A DNA stretch of 64,000 nt from Phyllosticta citribraziliensis. Its lineage: Eukaryota. Where the stretch lies: contig NW_027117342.1 of the NCBI RefSeq assembly GCF_038025025.1, positions 1,736,001 to 1,800,000 of the forward strand. Reading direction: 5' to 3'. The notes under the pieces are model-generated. The model searched no databases. It was given only the letters and a program-made list of their open reading frames with translations, and was not told the DNA's origin. Positions 33,163 to 45,505 of this stretch are shown piece after piece (the first letter of the stretch is position 1; each line of letters opens with the position of its first letter). Both the position numbers and the translations under genes were made by a program.

Positions 33163-34863
33163 GGTTGCGCGTGGAGGGATGGGAGGTGGGAGAAAAAGGT
33201 GAATGGGGAGCCTGTATTGGCATGGGGCGTCAGCGGAGGCGATCCACGACACTGTCGAAGAACAAGCAACCAGCCAAGTGCATCGAGAGGAAAGGAGACC
33301 ATACGGGATGGAAAAAACGTCGACAGGTCGAAGACGAGCCGCGGGTCGTATCAATTGACAGCGTGCCGCAGCCGACCGACGACGACTGCGACAGCTGCAG
33401 GAGCTTGAGCGAAAGGCGAGGCGCAAGGAAGGAAATTGGACCGGTGAGGCGACAAAGCACACTGCAACAAGAGCAGGCGATGGAATCAATGAGTGCAGCG
33501 CTCGAGATGCGCACGATGGGTCGGAATGATACGATGAGGAGAGGGTCGGGAGGGTAGAGTTGTTTGGGTTCGCGTTCAGCAGCGCGGCCACAGTGCGGCT
33601 CACAGAACCTTGCTTATGTGATCCAACGCCAACCAATCAGCTTCGCGCCAACCACAAGTGCTTCGACAGCCCGGCCACGAAAGTCATAACGACAATTAAA
33701 TGCCCCCCATGACAAGACGCTCATAACAGATTCGGATGCACTCAGAATGGCGTTCAAAAGCTCAAGCTCACTCCCGCGACGCATTTCCACACGTTTTGGA
33801 CAACTCCCGACCCCTGACCCGACCTGTACCTGGAGACTTTGTATCGACGTCGCCGTCACTCTCAGGCACCCTAGCTGCCAGTGATCGGCTGCAGGAACCG
33901 TTGAGGCTCAAAACCTTATCGCCGTTAAGCTCCTTGCCAGCGGGTGTGTCCTTCTTTGTGGGGATGCACGTGCCCGGCCCGCAGCGCTCGCCATCAACTC
34001 GTGCCCGAAACAACAAACCCTTTGTTGCACCATCTCTCGCCTCTGCATCGACAACGACGTCCGTCTCCATCACCAGTGTGGTTTCTGATCATCTTGCACA
34101 AGCAGCTCTGGAAGGCTTGCGCCTGATCCGGTCATGGCCCCCCTGACGCTCCCAAGTGCGACACGCAATACCGCGCAGCTGCAGAGCACATGTTCAGAAG
34201 TTGTCCCGATGATGGTGGTGATGGCCAAGGGGAGTTTCGGTGATGGACGAAGCGTTGTCCCAACGGGATGGAGCAACAACGGAGGAGCCAAGAGTGCGTG
34301 GCTCCAGCCCACCTCACCCACGGGCACCACGTCCGGTCGCTGCGCTCCCAATTTGCACCCCTGCCGAGGTTTTGCCGGTCACGCCAGGTCTGCCCTCCCT
34401 CCGGCTGAGGTGAGCGACTTCGGTTGCTTGGTTTTCTACCACACTCTTTTATGAGAGACCGTGCCACATTGACGGGCAAATTTCCAGAAAGCTTTTGAAA
34501 AAATGCGTGCCTTCAGTGTCATGTGTACACTCTGCTCTTCTTCGATGTCTCCTCGTCCCCAGTAGCAGCTTCATATCCATTCTGCCATTCCCTCTCTTCC
34601 TCCTTAATACACACCCAACTATGATTGAGAGGCCTCAGTATCAGATGTTTGAGACTCACCATCTGAAACTGAAAGGGACTTGAGCTCGTGGTGTTTCTCT
34701 TCTTCTATCGCTGTGTTTACAATCGTCGAACTCTTGCTCTTGCTGAGTTAAGCTCAACGGCTTGGGCTCCCTGTACAGAACATGCACTGTGAATCTTGTA
34801 CACGTCGTGGGAACAATAAATCCTCTGCTCTGCCTTCTTGTATCTCTCGGCTGAAGGCGTCTA

Positions 34864-35883
34864 CTACCTTCTGCCCCGCTCTTCCTTACAGGGGATCAAC
34901 GCATCAATGGCTGGAAAGGGGGATTAGCATCTATGTTGTGCATCACGTCAAGAAACCGACTCACCCAACTCTCCCTTCGGGAAAGAACCCGCAAAGTCCA
35001 CCTTTGCCTTACCACCTGGGAACTCCAACGGAATCAATCTTTGCCTCATAATGGTCATTTTCGACCAATCAAGTATTTTGCGGGATCCCGTGGCCACAGG
35101 TCCGAGGAGCCAAAGTGCAAAATTCGAGTTGAATTTTGCATCACGCGCTTCATTCGCTCGCTGGAACGCATAAGCATAGCGGCCAATGGGTTCCTTGGCC
35201 AGCAGCTGCGAAGGCTCTACCTCCACCACTTTATTCTTGAGCAAAGGCATCCACGAATACTCTATCCGTAGCATCAGCATTTTGCGCCCCACGCTGGAAC
35301 CCGGCACTGAATGTCGCTTTGGTACAGCAGTGATGCTCCGCACGATATTCATTGGTGCGCCAGCGATCCACATGCCCAAGGCTGACCACATCACCGCCGT
35401 GAAGCCGAGTGTAAAGAGGACAAAATTGGAAACGCCAACCTCCTGTCCGGCAGGAAATAGAATGGCGCCAGTAGCCTCCGAGGCCGCGAATGTACCCAGC
35501 GATTGTAGATATGCTGCCAAACGAAAGCCGAGCTGCGGCGGCGATTTGTACAGGACGACGGGGTCCTTCGCCGTAGCCAGCTCCCTGATGATGGCATATC
35601 CATCTCTGCCTAGGAGATTCTGCACGCCGCTGATGGTGTCAAAGTCCTTTGGCTTGGGAACATTGGGTATGAGTTTCTTCGAGGCATCGGATTTGGTGGC
35701 GACGTTGGCGGCGGCGAGATTTGGAAGACTGGAGTGTAGAAAGCGTACGCTATGAAAGACAGCTGGCTGACAAGTGGGTCGGCCTGAGAAGGTGCATGAT
35801 CGAAGACATGGTGGTTGGACGCGGGTCTGGCGATGCAGTTTGAAAGCACCTGGAGAAAAGGATTTCATGACCCTGATGAGCAT
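34864..35883 (-). CDS. Putative mitochondrial two-TM membrane protein (TMEM223-like, tentative); 2 exons
   Basis: Presequence-like N-terminus, DPVVLYKSP motif followed by two hydrophobic segments. Intron 34911-34964 (GTGAGT...GCTAAT...CAG) adds AIDALIPCKEERGRR-stop. Confidence 0.7.
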
Positions 35884-36171
35884 TAATGCCTGGTCTCATG
35901 GCGGCATGAGTTACGATGAGCACTTACACTGGATTCTTCTCCACGCGCAAAAGAGCGCGTTGTTGCTTCGCTGACCGTTGGTGTCACCCCAAGACGAAAT
36001 CCGCAGCTCAACGGAGATCCGACCAAACGCCCGCCCGTCCCCGCCAAAAGCTCCGACGCAACCCGCTCTTTTCCACTCCCAACACTCCAATCCGACGTCC
36101 GGCTTTACACACCTCGCCCTCACGACTCTTCTTCGCATCACTTCAGAGGCATTGTCGCCTCGCCGGTCAAA

Positions 36172-37605
36172 ATGGCCTCGCTGAGCGCCGCGTGCAGACT
36201 GTCCGCCCGAGTTGCTGGTCGCCAGCTGAGCAAGAATGTTGGCAGCAGAAGTCAGCATCTGGGCGCCCTCGACCTGACAATTTGCGCTGACTCTCCGATG
36301 TAGGCTTTCGCACCTCGACGCCCAGCGCAGCGGCGCAAAACTTTCAGATGCCTGCGCTGTCACCTACAATGACCGAGGGAAACATTGCGAGCTGGAAGGT
36401 CAAAGAAGGTACGGACTCGACAACATTGAGGAGCTGGGAAATGTGTGCCACGGGGGCCAAATCATGAATCTGACATGGAACAGGAGAGTTATTTTCCGCT
36501 GGCGATGTGCTGCTGGAGATTGAGACGGACAAGGCGCAAATGGACGTCGAGGCCCAGGACGACGGTGTCCTTGCCAAGATCATTGTATGGGTTCAGCCTG
36601 TGGAATCTCTGGACAAAGACTGACATTATTTAGGTTGGTGATGGCTCCAAGACCATCCAGGTTGGTCAGCGCATTGCAGTCCTTGCGGAGCCTGGCGACG
36701 ACCTCAGCACGCTCGAGATTCCCGAAGAGGCCACCTCTGCCCCTAAGGCGGCTGCGCCGAAGCAAGCTGAGCCCGCCGCGCCTGCTCCCTCCGCTCCTCA
36801 GTCTGGCAAGTCGGCTGCCAGCCCCCCTGGAAAAGCCCAGAAGCAAACATACCCCTTGTACCCCTCGGTCCTGTTCACACTTCAGGCCAACGGCCTCTCC
36901 AAGGAGGACGCCGACAAGATTCCGGCTACGGGCCCCAGCGGACGTCTGCTCAAGGGTGATGTTCTTGCCTACGTTGGCCGTCTTTCCGACAGCAGTTATG
37001 CTTCGACCTTGTCCAAGCAGCTCAAGGAGAAGGGCCACCTCGACTTGAGTAACATCAAGGTTGCTGCTGCCAAGAAGCCTGAGCCAAAGCCTGCGGCTCC
37101 GGCGAAGGAAGAGCCCGTACCCGAGCCCGAGACTGAGATTGCCGTCTCGATTAATCTGGAGGCGGTTCTCAAGTGCCAGCAGCGCCTCAAGGAGACGCTC
37201 GGCACGACTCTCCCCCTGTCAGAGTTCCTTGAGCGCGCGGGAGAGATTGCAAACGAGGAGCTGCCCCGATCCAAGAATGCCCAGCCAACTGCCGATGAGC
37301 TCTTCAACGCTGTCCTCGGTCTCGACAAGATTCCGTCGACTTCGAGGGGCACCTTTATCCCTCAGACCCGGGCCATTCCCGCAGTCTCCGGAGCATTCAA
37401 GTCGGCCAAGAAATCCGACATCATTGACATTCTGGCTGGCAAGCCCAGCAAGCGGACAGCCCCCAAGATTGTTTCGGCTGGTGCCGCGGCTCCCGTCAAC
37501 GTGTTTAGTCTTAGCGTACCCAAGGAAGAGGCGAGGCGGGCCAATGTGTTCCTGGCGAGGTTCAAGACGATATTGGAGACGGAGCCGGGTCAATTGATTC
37601 TGTGA
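36172..37605 (+). CDS. PDX1: Pyruvate dehydrogenase complex protein X (E3-binding protein); 4 exons
   Basis: Presequence; lipoyl domain [16 protein letters not shown]...[13 protein letters not shown]3-binding domain [16 protein letters not shown]; fungal-type C-terminus without an acyltransferase active site. Introns 36251-36303, 36409-36483 and 36585-36633. Confidence 0.93.
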
Positions 37606-38761
37606 AGAGTACATACTGGACAAGACGATAGACGCAGATGTGACTTGTACCGAGTTTCAATGGAATACCCCCAAGTCAAGTCACGGTTGTTTATATAAGG
37701 CATGAGTCGCATGGTAATACAAGGTCCAATGAAGATGGAAAGATTTGATTTAGTGCGAGGGGGCACATGTGACGATCTCTGGGGCATACTTACCTTACGG
37801 GTGTGGTGCGCGTGCCGAAGCAGAGAACACGGCCCGGGAGCGGGCACCTGCGCATCCCCGGATTGCTGAGATGGGCTAGGGATGACAGTTGACGGCGGGA
37901 GAGGAGGGCGGGCGGGTGTTTTGGTATGTAGTCTGCTGTCTGGCTGGGCCTCGGCACGTGTGGCCAGACTACTGCACCTAGACCAGAGCCTCTCCCTCGT
38001 CTCGGGGGGGCCTGGCTCCCTCTCCCTGGCAGCCGCCTGCCGACCCAAAAGAGACGAGTGCGTCTGCCGTCACACGTCGGGCCAATTGCCTCTCTGCAGC
38101 TGTTTTCCATTGACGCAGATGGGACGCTGCTCGGGCGGATGGAAAGTGGCAGAGACGTCGGGCAAAAGTCCGATGGCGGAAAAGGCACAGCACAGGAGAG
38201 GCATGGGTTGGCCAAGGGGGCGAGTGTTGGATGGTCGGGCGGTTGGGCGCTCGAACCGACGGAACTTGAAGCGAGGACAGATGAGGTGCAGTTATCCAGG
38301 AACCAGAGTCCAGAGCGGAGCGGAATTTGCAGACCCTGAGATTGAGTCGCGCATGTTCTTCACAGGGCGCCAGGAACCTGGAACGAAAGTCTTCAATGGT
38401 TATGTATGTAGGTGTGGTTCTGGTAGAGGCGTCTGCCATGGCCACGGCCACGGCCAGAAGGGGGCACGCAGTGCAGTGCAGGCGCGCCCTACAGCCACGA
38501 CGCCCGGAACCATCCGACTAGCGCGGCAGCCCCATGGCTGGCACTTTTGCAGCTCTACAGCCAGCAGCCAGAAGCCAGCTCACAATGAGGTGAGGCTCCA
38601 AATCTCTCTCTCTCTTCTCTCTCCACACCCGCCCTCTTTACCCCATACCCCAACCTTTCTTCGTTTCGTCACCCACCGCGCCGTCCGCCATTGTCGCGCC
38701 GACTGCCTCGACACCCCCATTCCCCCTCACCGCTTGCGACCTCTGCGTGCGTGTTTTCAAC

Positions 38762-41023
38762 ATGGCTGCCGCCATTAAGGAAAGCGTGACTGGAGCTCTG
38801 CTCGGCACCACCGAGGAGCCAAACCTCACAGAAGTCGCGAGGTCCATCTTCTTTGCGCATGCCGTCAAGGACGAGGCCACCGGCGAGCACTACCTCACCA
38901 AGGACCAGTTCATTGACTCGGTCGTGCCGTCCACCGAAGACTTTGTGAGCCCCTATGCGCCTTGACTTCCCTTCTGACTCTAACGCCCAACCTTGCAGCA
39001 CAAAATCAAGCGCGACCAGTATGGTGTCCTCTTCCTCGTCGCAGACCGCAACAAATCCGGCCGCGTCTCCCTCCAAGACTGGAGCTTCTACAACAACCTC
39101 ATCTCAAAACCCGACGCCGAGTATGAGCTTGCCTTTCGCCTCTTCGATGTTGAGGGCACCGGCCAGATCAGCTTTGACAAGTTCCTCGAGATATACAATC
39201 TGCACAAGAGCGATGACTCGTTGCCGTTTGACTGGAGCTCCGAGTGGGCGTCGCTGTACATTGGCCGCAAGAACAAGCGCCACACTATGACGTATCCGCA
39301 ATTCTCGCAGATGCTGCGCGGTCTGCAGGGCGAGCGCGTGAGGCAGGCCTTTTTGCACTTTGACAAGAACGGCGACGGCTACATTGAGCCCGAGGAGTTT
39401 CAGCGCATCATCCTCGAGACTGCCGGCCACAAGCTTTCCGACCACTTGCTCGAGCACCTTCACACGCTCTGCAACATTTCTGCTGGCAGCAAGATTTCCT
39501 ACGCCAATGTGCGCGCATTCCAGAACATGATCCGGGAAATGGATCTGGTCGAGCTCATCATCCGCAATGCGGCGGCCAAGAGCGGCGATGGCAAGATCAC
39601 CAGGACAGACTTTCTCAACGAGGCAGCCCGCATCACGCGCTTCTCACTCTTCACTCCCATGGAGGCGGACATTCTCTTCCACTTTGCCGGCCTCGACGAG
39701 CCCTCTGGCCGCCTTGGTCTGTCCGACTTTGCCAAGGTGCTGGACGCGTCCTGGCACACCTACCACGACGACTCCGACTCGAGCGACATTGCCTCCAAGG
39801 CCTCGTCCACGGCCAAGAACTTTTTGCACGACGTGCTCGAGTCGGCCCACCACTTTGCGCTGGGCAGTTTGGCGGGAGCGTTTGGTGCCTTCATGGTCTA
39901 CCCCATTGACCTGGTCAAGACGCGCATGCAGAACCAGCGCGGCGAGCGCGTCGGCAACGTGCTGTACAAGAACTCAATTGACTGCTTCCAAAAGGTCATC
40001 AAGAACGAGGGCTTCCGCGGCCTCTACTCTGGCGTCCTACCTCAGCTTGTTGGTGTTGCCCCTGAAAAGGCCATCAAGCTTACCGTCAACGACCTGGTCC
40101 GCGGCAAATTCACAGACAAGAAGACGGGCGCCATTTACTGGCCTTATGAGATTCTGGCTGGTGGCATGGCCGGTGGATGTCAAGTGGTGAGTATTTTTTG
40201 TTGTCCTGTCCGTGGATACAGCTGACGCAGTTCCAGATCTTCACCAATCCGCTTGAGATTGTCAAGATTCGTCTCCAGGTGCAGGGTGAAATTGCAAAGA
40301 CGGTTGAGGGCGCCCCGCGCCGCTCAGCCATGTGGATCGTCCGCAATCTGGGTCTCGTGGGTCTCTACAAGGGCGCCAGTGCATGTCTCCTTCGCGACGG
40401 CAAGTCTCTCTTTTCACCATTGACCAATGCCCTTCTAACGTCCGACAGTCCCCTTCTCCGCCATCTACTTCCCCACGTACAACCACTTGAAGCGTGACTA
40501 CTTTGGCGAATCGCAGACCAAGAAGCTCGGCATCCTCCAGTTGCTCACCGCAGGTGCCATCGCCGGCATGCCTGCTGCCTACCTGACCACGCCAGCCGAT
40601 GTCATCAAGACGCGTCTCCAAGTCGAGGCCCGCAAGGGCGAAGCGACCTACACATCGCTCCGTCATGCCGCCAAGCTCATCTGGCAGCAAGAAGGCTTCC
40701 GCGCCTTTTTCAAGGGCGGTCCCGCGCGCATCTTCCGCTCGTCGCCGCAATTCGGCTTCACGCTCGCCGGTTACGAAGTCCTCCAGAACATGCTACCCAT
40801 GCCCGGCTCGGCCGCGCATGGTGAGGCAGCCGGTCACACGGAGCCCGCCGTCGGCCTCACCGAGGCAAAGGCGCCCTTGCCCTACCTCCGCTCGCGCAAC
40901 GCCCTCAAGATCATCCTCGACCTCGACGAGAACTTTGGCCGCCCCAAGCTGCCCCAGGGCCAGCGCTGGGACGGCTTCCCCGGCTTCGGCGGTAAGATTG
41001 TCCAGAACGGTGCTGCCAAGTGA
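38762..41023 (+). CDS. AGC1: Mitochondrial aspartate/glutamate carrier with N-terminal EF hands (Aralar/Agc1); 4 exons
   Basis: EF hands ([21 protein letters not shown]) and three carrier signatures ([30 protein letters not shown]). Introns 38945-38998, 40187-40236 and a GC-AG intron at 40400-40448. Confidence 0.95.
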
Positions 41024-41036
41024 GGCGCTGTGCGCT

Positions 41037-41216
41037 GGGAGCATCTGCGCTTCTAGACGTCTACCTCACGCGCGTACGGTGGGAGCATTCGCGCGCGCGG
41101 GCTGCTTTTGCGTGCGCTGCGTCGAAGCTTCCCTGCGCGTGCCCGCATCATCGATGGGAGCCTTCAGGCGCGCATTGCGTGTGCGCACACACGGAGGGAG
41201 CATTCGCGCGCGTGCG
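41037..41216 (+). repeat. Four imperfect direct repeats of a GGGAGC-headed motif (consensus GGGAGCATTC) followed by (CG/TG)n, just downstream of the AGC1 stop
   Basis: Copies start at 41037, 41081, 41156 and 41196; two share GGGAGCATTCGCGCGCG exactly. Confidence 0.7.
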
Positions 41217-41617
41217 TGGGTTTGGTGTTGCGTTCGTATAAATCATTCAGCTGCATGGCGATGGGCGTGATACCTTTTTTCTCTTTTCCCTTTCCCCTTT
41301 CCCCTTTGTTCCCCTGGGTCTGATTCGGTTTCACCCTTTTCCTTTCTCTCTCTTCTCTTCCCACGCCTCACCACCAGATTTGCGTACGATAATGGTCCAA
41401 ATGGGGGTGGTGGTGTGTGGATGACGTGGTTGGTTGGATGGATGGATGGATGAGTAAAGGTTCTTTGCCTACCTGCCTATGGAGACAGCAGACAGTCTGG
41501 ATTGAGCTGAGAGTAGCATACGAGAGAAAGAGGGAGCAAAAGTACACAGAAGGGATGGGATGGATGCGTTGGCAAGCAGGGGGTGCGTGGTAGCAACCAA
41601 CGAATGAGCAAGAACGC

Positions 41618-42480
41618 ATGCAAGCATGCATGCATGCTAGCTCAACCAGAAAAGAGAGAAAGAAAAAGAAGAAAAAAAAAAAAAAAAGTCCCTCCCTCTC
41701 CCTCTTGTTCTTCGTCTTCTTCTTCCTCCTTCCTCCTTCCTCGGTTTCTCTTTGCTTTGCTTTGCTTCGGTTTCGGTTCTGGGTCTGGCTTTTGCGTCGA
41801 GTGTGCTCGTTTGGTCTTGCGTACCTTGCCTTTTGGATTAGAGAGAGAGAGAGAGGGAGAGAGAGAGAGACGCCGTGGCGGGCGGAGAGGAATTTCTGAA
41901 CCATAGAGAGAAAGATGGGACGGAAGAAAGATGCAACGGCAGAATAGCCATAGAGGCAGACTTTGAGAGAAGGAGAGCAGACAAGACAAGACAAGACAAG
42001 AAAGACGGCTTTAGAGATGCGAACGTAGTAGACTGACTGATATTTACTGGAGAGAAGAAAGAGAGTGTCGTGTACGGTACCAGAAGGAGAATGGTAGACT
42101 GGACGGATCAGATCAGATCAGGTCAATACAGGGCTGGATGGCTGGACGCGGTTAGACTGGTAGGTTTCTAGAATTGCTCAGAGCACAGCACGCATGCGTG
42201 GTCTTGATTCCATTTCATAGTAATGCGTGCGCAGTGATTGATATCAAGAGAGAACACAACACGGTCAGCTTCACATCACATGCAGCCAACCCAACGTCTT
42301 TATTCAGAAGAAAAGAACAGGAGCCACCCAGGCGGGCGCCATCTTTTCGCGTTTGCATTTGCATTTGCCCTTCCCTGAATGGTTTGCAATCCGCAGAAGA
42401 GAGGCGCGGACGGGCAAGGTAGGCAGCAGCGCTAAGAAAAAAGCAGTAGCAGTAGCAGTAGCAGATTTTCGCCTCTCCCT
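41618..42480. repeat. Microsatellite-rich intergenic tract
   Basis: (GCAT)n about 41624-41637, A16 at 41672-41687, (GA)n at 41841-41870, (GACAA)n about 41980-42000, (GATCA)n about 42105-42121 and (GCAGTA)n about 42443-42463. Confidence 0.85.
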
Positions 42481-43853
42481 GGCGCGAAACGTAGCATCGG
42501 TAGAAGTATATCCTAAAAGAAACAGCGCGAGCGCCGACCGACGACGATGAAGGATGAGCGTCCATCCAAGTCTCGATTCGTCTCGTCTCGTTGCTCAGAA
42601 AGCAAATTCGTCCCGTTTGCAATTGCTTCCGATCCGTCCGTCGTCTCGCAATCCCATCATCCATCACTCGCCTCTGCTTTTGCCCCCCGTTGCGTTGCTT
42701 TCCTTGCAAAAATGTACTCCGTCCATCCGCAAGCATAATCTCAAAGAGGACAGGTGAGAAGGAAGGAAGGAAAGGGCAAGGAGATGAGAGGAGGAAAACG
42801 ACGCCCTCGGATCTGGAAGGGAAGTGACGAAATGCGGACCGCGGAGACAGACGGCAAGCAGCAAGAGAAGTCGAGAGGAGGGAAAACAACCCATCAAACA
42901 CAAGAGAGATGGGGAAGAAGAATCTGCCACGCACGCCGCCACCCTTGCCTCTTCTCTCGCCAACGCCGGCATGGCGCTGGCAGTGACACCAAACCACCAC
43001 TGTTGTAACTAAGGCTCGAACGGAAAAGCGTTCGACGCCTAACAGAGCGGGCGTTTGTTCTGCTGGACCAACCCTCCGTTGTCGCGGAAGTTGAACAGTG
43101 TCGTGAGCAGACACGCACTCAACGGTTGGTCGGTCCAGGCAGAAAAGCGCAGCTCTAGCACCCCGGAAAAAGGTAGCTTCAAAGCTTTCGAAGGAGAAAT
43201 TTTTCAAGAAGCGAGGGAAAGAGCATCGTAGCGACCGGAACATGTGGCATAGCATTGGCCACGGGGAATCGAACACCAAAAGAGAAAATAAAACACACGA
43301 CAGCAAAAGTAACGACATGGACGGGCGCACAGAGTCTTTCCCGGCGACATACTGATCAAAAAGAAACAAAGAAACTCGTCATATGGAGGGGTTGGTGGTG
43401 GATACAGAACAACGTAGACCGGGGGGATATCAAAAAACTCAAAGCGTGGAAAAAAGGTGCGGCGGCTCGTTGGTGCAAGCAAGCCTCTGCAGCAGCAGTT
43501 CATGCCTCACATCCGAGCCGCAAGCAGAGAAGAGAATCGTAAGTGCGGGGGAGCAGGGGCCACCATGGCACCGCGGGAAAAAGGGCGTTTCCTTGAAGCC
43601 CAATCACAAACAAAACTCCTCTCCCAAAACCAGGCAAAGATCCCAAAAAGAGACGACGAATAAAAAAAACTTTGACATGTTTCTCTGCCGTCGGAAACGT
43701 CTCGCGTTGCAGACGGGTATCAAGGTTTGCGGGACCGGAAAAAGTAACGCCGGGATAACGTATAGAGGAAAGCGTTGTTGGCCGTTTGAGAAAGTTTGGA
43801 CAAGAGTGTCAGAGGACGACCCGGAGGCAGACGGGAGGGGGAGGGGGCCCGTC

Positions 43854-45421
43854 CTAGGAGCCGACGCGCCTGCGACGGCCCCGGCCGCCTCCTTCGGGCC
43901 GCTGCGACAAGACCTCGCGGAGCTGCGCATCGTCCCTGCTCTTATCGACATGATGGACGCGCACGTGACGCTGCAAGTTGTCTGGTCGCGGGTACTTGTG
44001 ATCGCGCTCTGGGCAGAACGGGCAGACGTAGCCGGGCGAGTCGTGGACCAGGCCATGGCGAATCATTTCGTTCTTTCTCTTGAAGCCTTTGCCACCTTCG
44101 CCACGACTGCAGCCGGGGACAGGGCAGTAGTGCGGGCGGGCTTGGCTGTGGACATTGGCGTGGGAGCTGTTTTGGCGTTAGCGCATCAGGGTCGCATAGA
44201 ATACTCGTAAAGGACTAACTTGAGCAAGTACTGCGTTTGGAACAGCGGCGCAGTGCAGCCCGGATAATCACACTTGAAGCCCGTAGAGCCGTGCGGCGGA
44301 ATGTGGGAGAGGGCGGATGCTGGGCCGCTGTTTGTGATGCCGTCGATGCTCATGCGATGATGTTCTGGCCTGATTCCCGGCGGACTGTGCGTATCAGACA
44401 TGGTCCCGGTGCTCGATGCAGACTGCGGAGCCGGTGGAAACGACATTTCGGGCCAGTCGGATAGCTGACTAGGTCTCCTGCCCATGAAGGGAAAACCGGC
44501 CGTGCCAGACGGTGGTGATCGCTTCATGAAGGGATCCTGACTCGAGAGGGACGCCGAAGTGGCGGCGTCCGCGCCGTTGTGGCTGACTGGACTCAGTGGA
44601 TTTCCAGAGGGCAGCTGCGCTGGGGGAGATGGTCCAGCAGTGTTCAAGGAAGGCGTTCGCCCTACCAGGGGCGACGACAGAACCGGTGGGCCGTTGGAGA
44701 CGGAGTGCCGGTGGGAGAAGCTGGCGGCGCGCTCTCGCTCGCGGGAGAAGCTCGCGGCGCGCTGGCGCTCCTGTTCCTGCTCTTGCTTCTCGGTTGCCTC
44801 CTGGGCAATGTCGGAAAAGTGCTGGAAGGGAGGCAAGTTCGGGGCGGCAGATGCGGCATGAGGACCGTCGCGACAGGGCGAAATGGGATTTTGAAATGGT
44901 GGCAAACGCTCACCGGTGGGGGACGCCAGCGAGGAAGGAATGGCTACATTCCTTATCCGCTCGTTCAGCGACTCGTGGTTTATTCCCTCGGAACCGTTTA
45001 GGTTGTCTGGTGTGGGGAGTCCATTGCTAATCGTCGTCTTCTGCGGCTGGGCTTCCCTACCATGGTCGGCTGTGTGTAGCGGCTGGACAGCTCCGCCAAT
45101 GTGCTTGAGCGCGCTTTGGGCGACGTGCTCGAGAGACATGTCGTCCTCGGACTCGTAGTCGTCGTCGGAACCAGCGTTGAACGGCTGGCTGAGGGCAGTG
45201 TTAGCGGCGCTGGGATTGTTGGGGCCGAGGAAGGAGAGCAAGACGCTGTCGCCCATGGACGTGGAGTGGCGGTGCTTCTTGCGATGAGGCAGAGACGTGG
45301 TGGTGCCCTTGGTCAGCGGTTGCGGCAAGCGGTCAGGCGACGGCGATGGAGTTGACTTTAACCTGATGGGCTGCAAGCCGGGCGACTTGTGCAAGGCGTC
45401 GTCGGAGTCGTAGTGGGACAT
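43854..45421 (-). CDS. C2H2 zinc-finger transcription factor (three C-terminal fingers); 2 exons
   Basis: Intron 44167-44219 gives FKCDYPGC...LNSHANVH, then HYCPVPGC...MIRHGLVH and YVCPFC...LQRHVRVHH. The N-terminus is S/P-rich. Confidence 0.92.
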
Positions 45422-45479
45422 CCGGTCGGAGAGTTGTAGAGGCTCATGAGCCTCTTGATTGACGGGATGGATTGATAAA

Positions 45480-45505
45480 TTTTTTTTTTTTTTTTTTTTT
45501 TTTTT
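45480..45505. repeat. T26 homopolymer (A26 on the sense strand of the C2H2 gene leader)
   Basis: Seen directly, about 60 nt upstream of the C2H2 ATG. Confidence 0.9.

Noticed and set aside
33163..33636. In-frame upstream extension of the YTA7 ORF in the track
   Set aside because: It contains out-of-frame ATGs (e.g. about 33223) and has UTR-like composition, and ATG 33162 has good context. Not comparable to the UBP12 case.
42215..43369. 384-aa minus-strand ORF, and similar ORFs at 45.6-48.4 kb
   Set aside because: They run through microsatellites and low-complexity sequence, with no recognisable motifs or coding-like composition.
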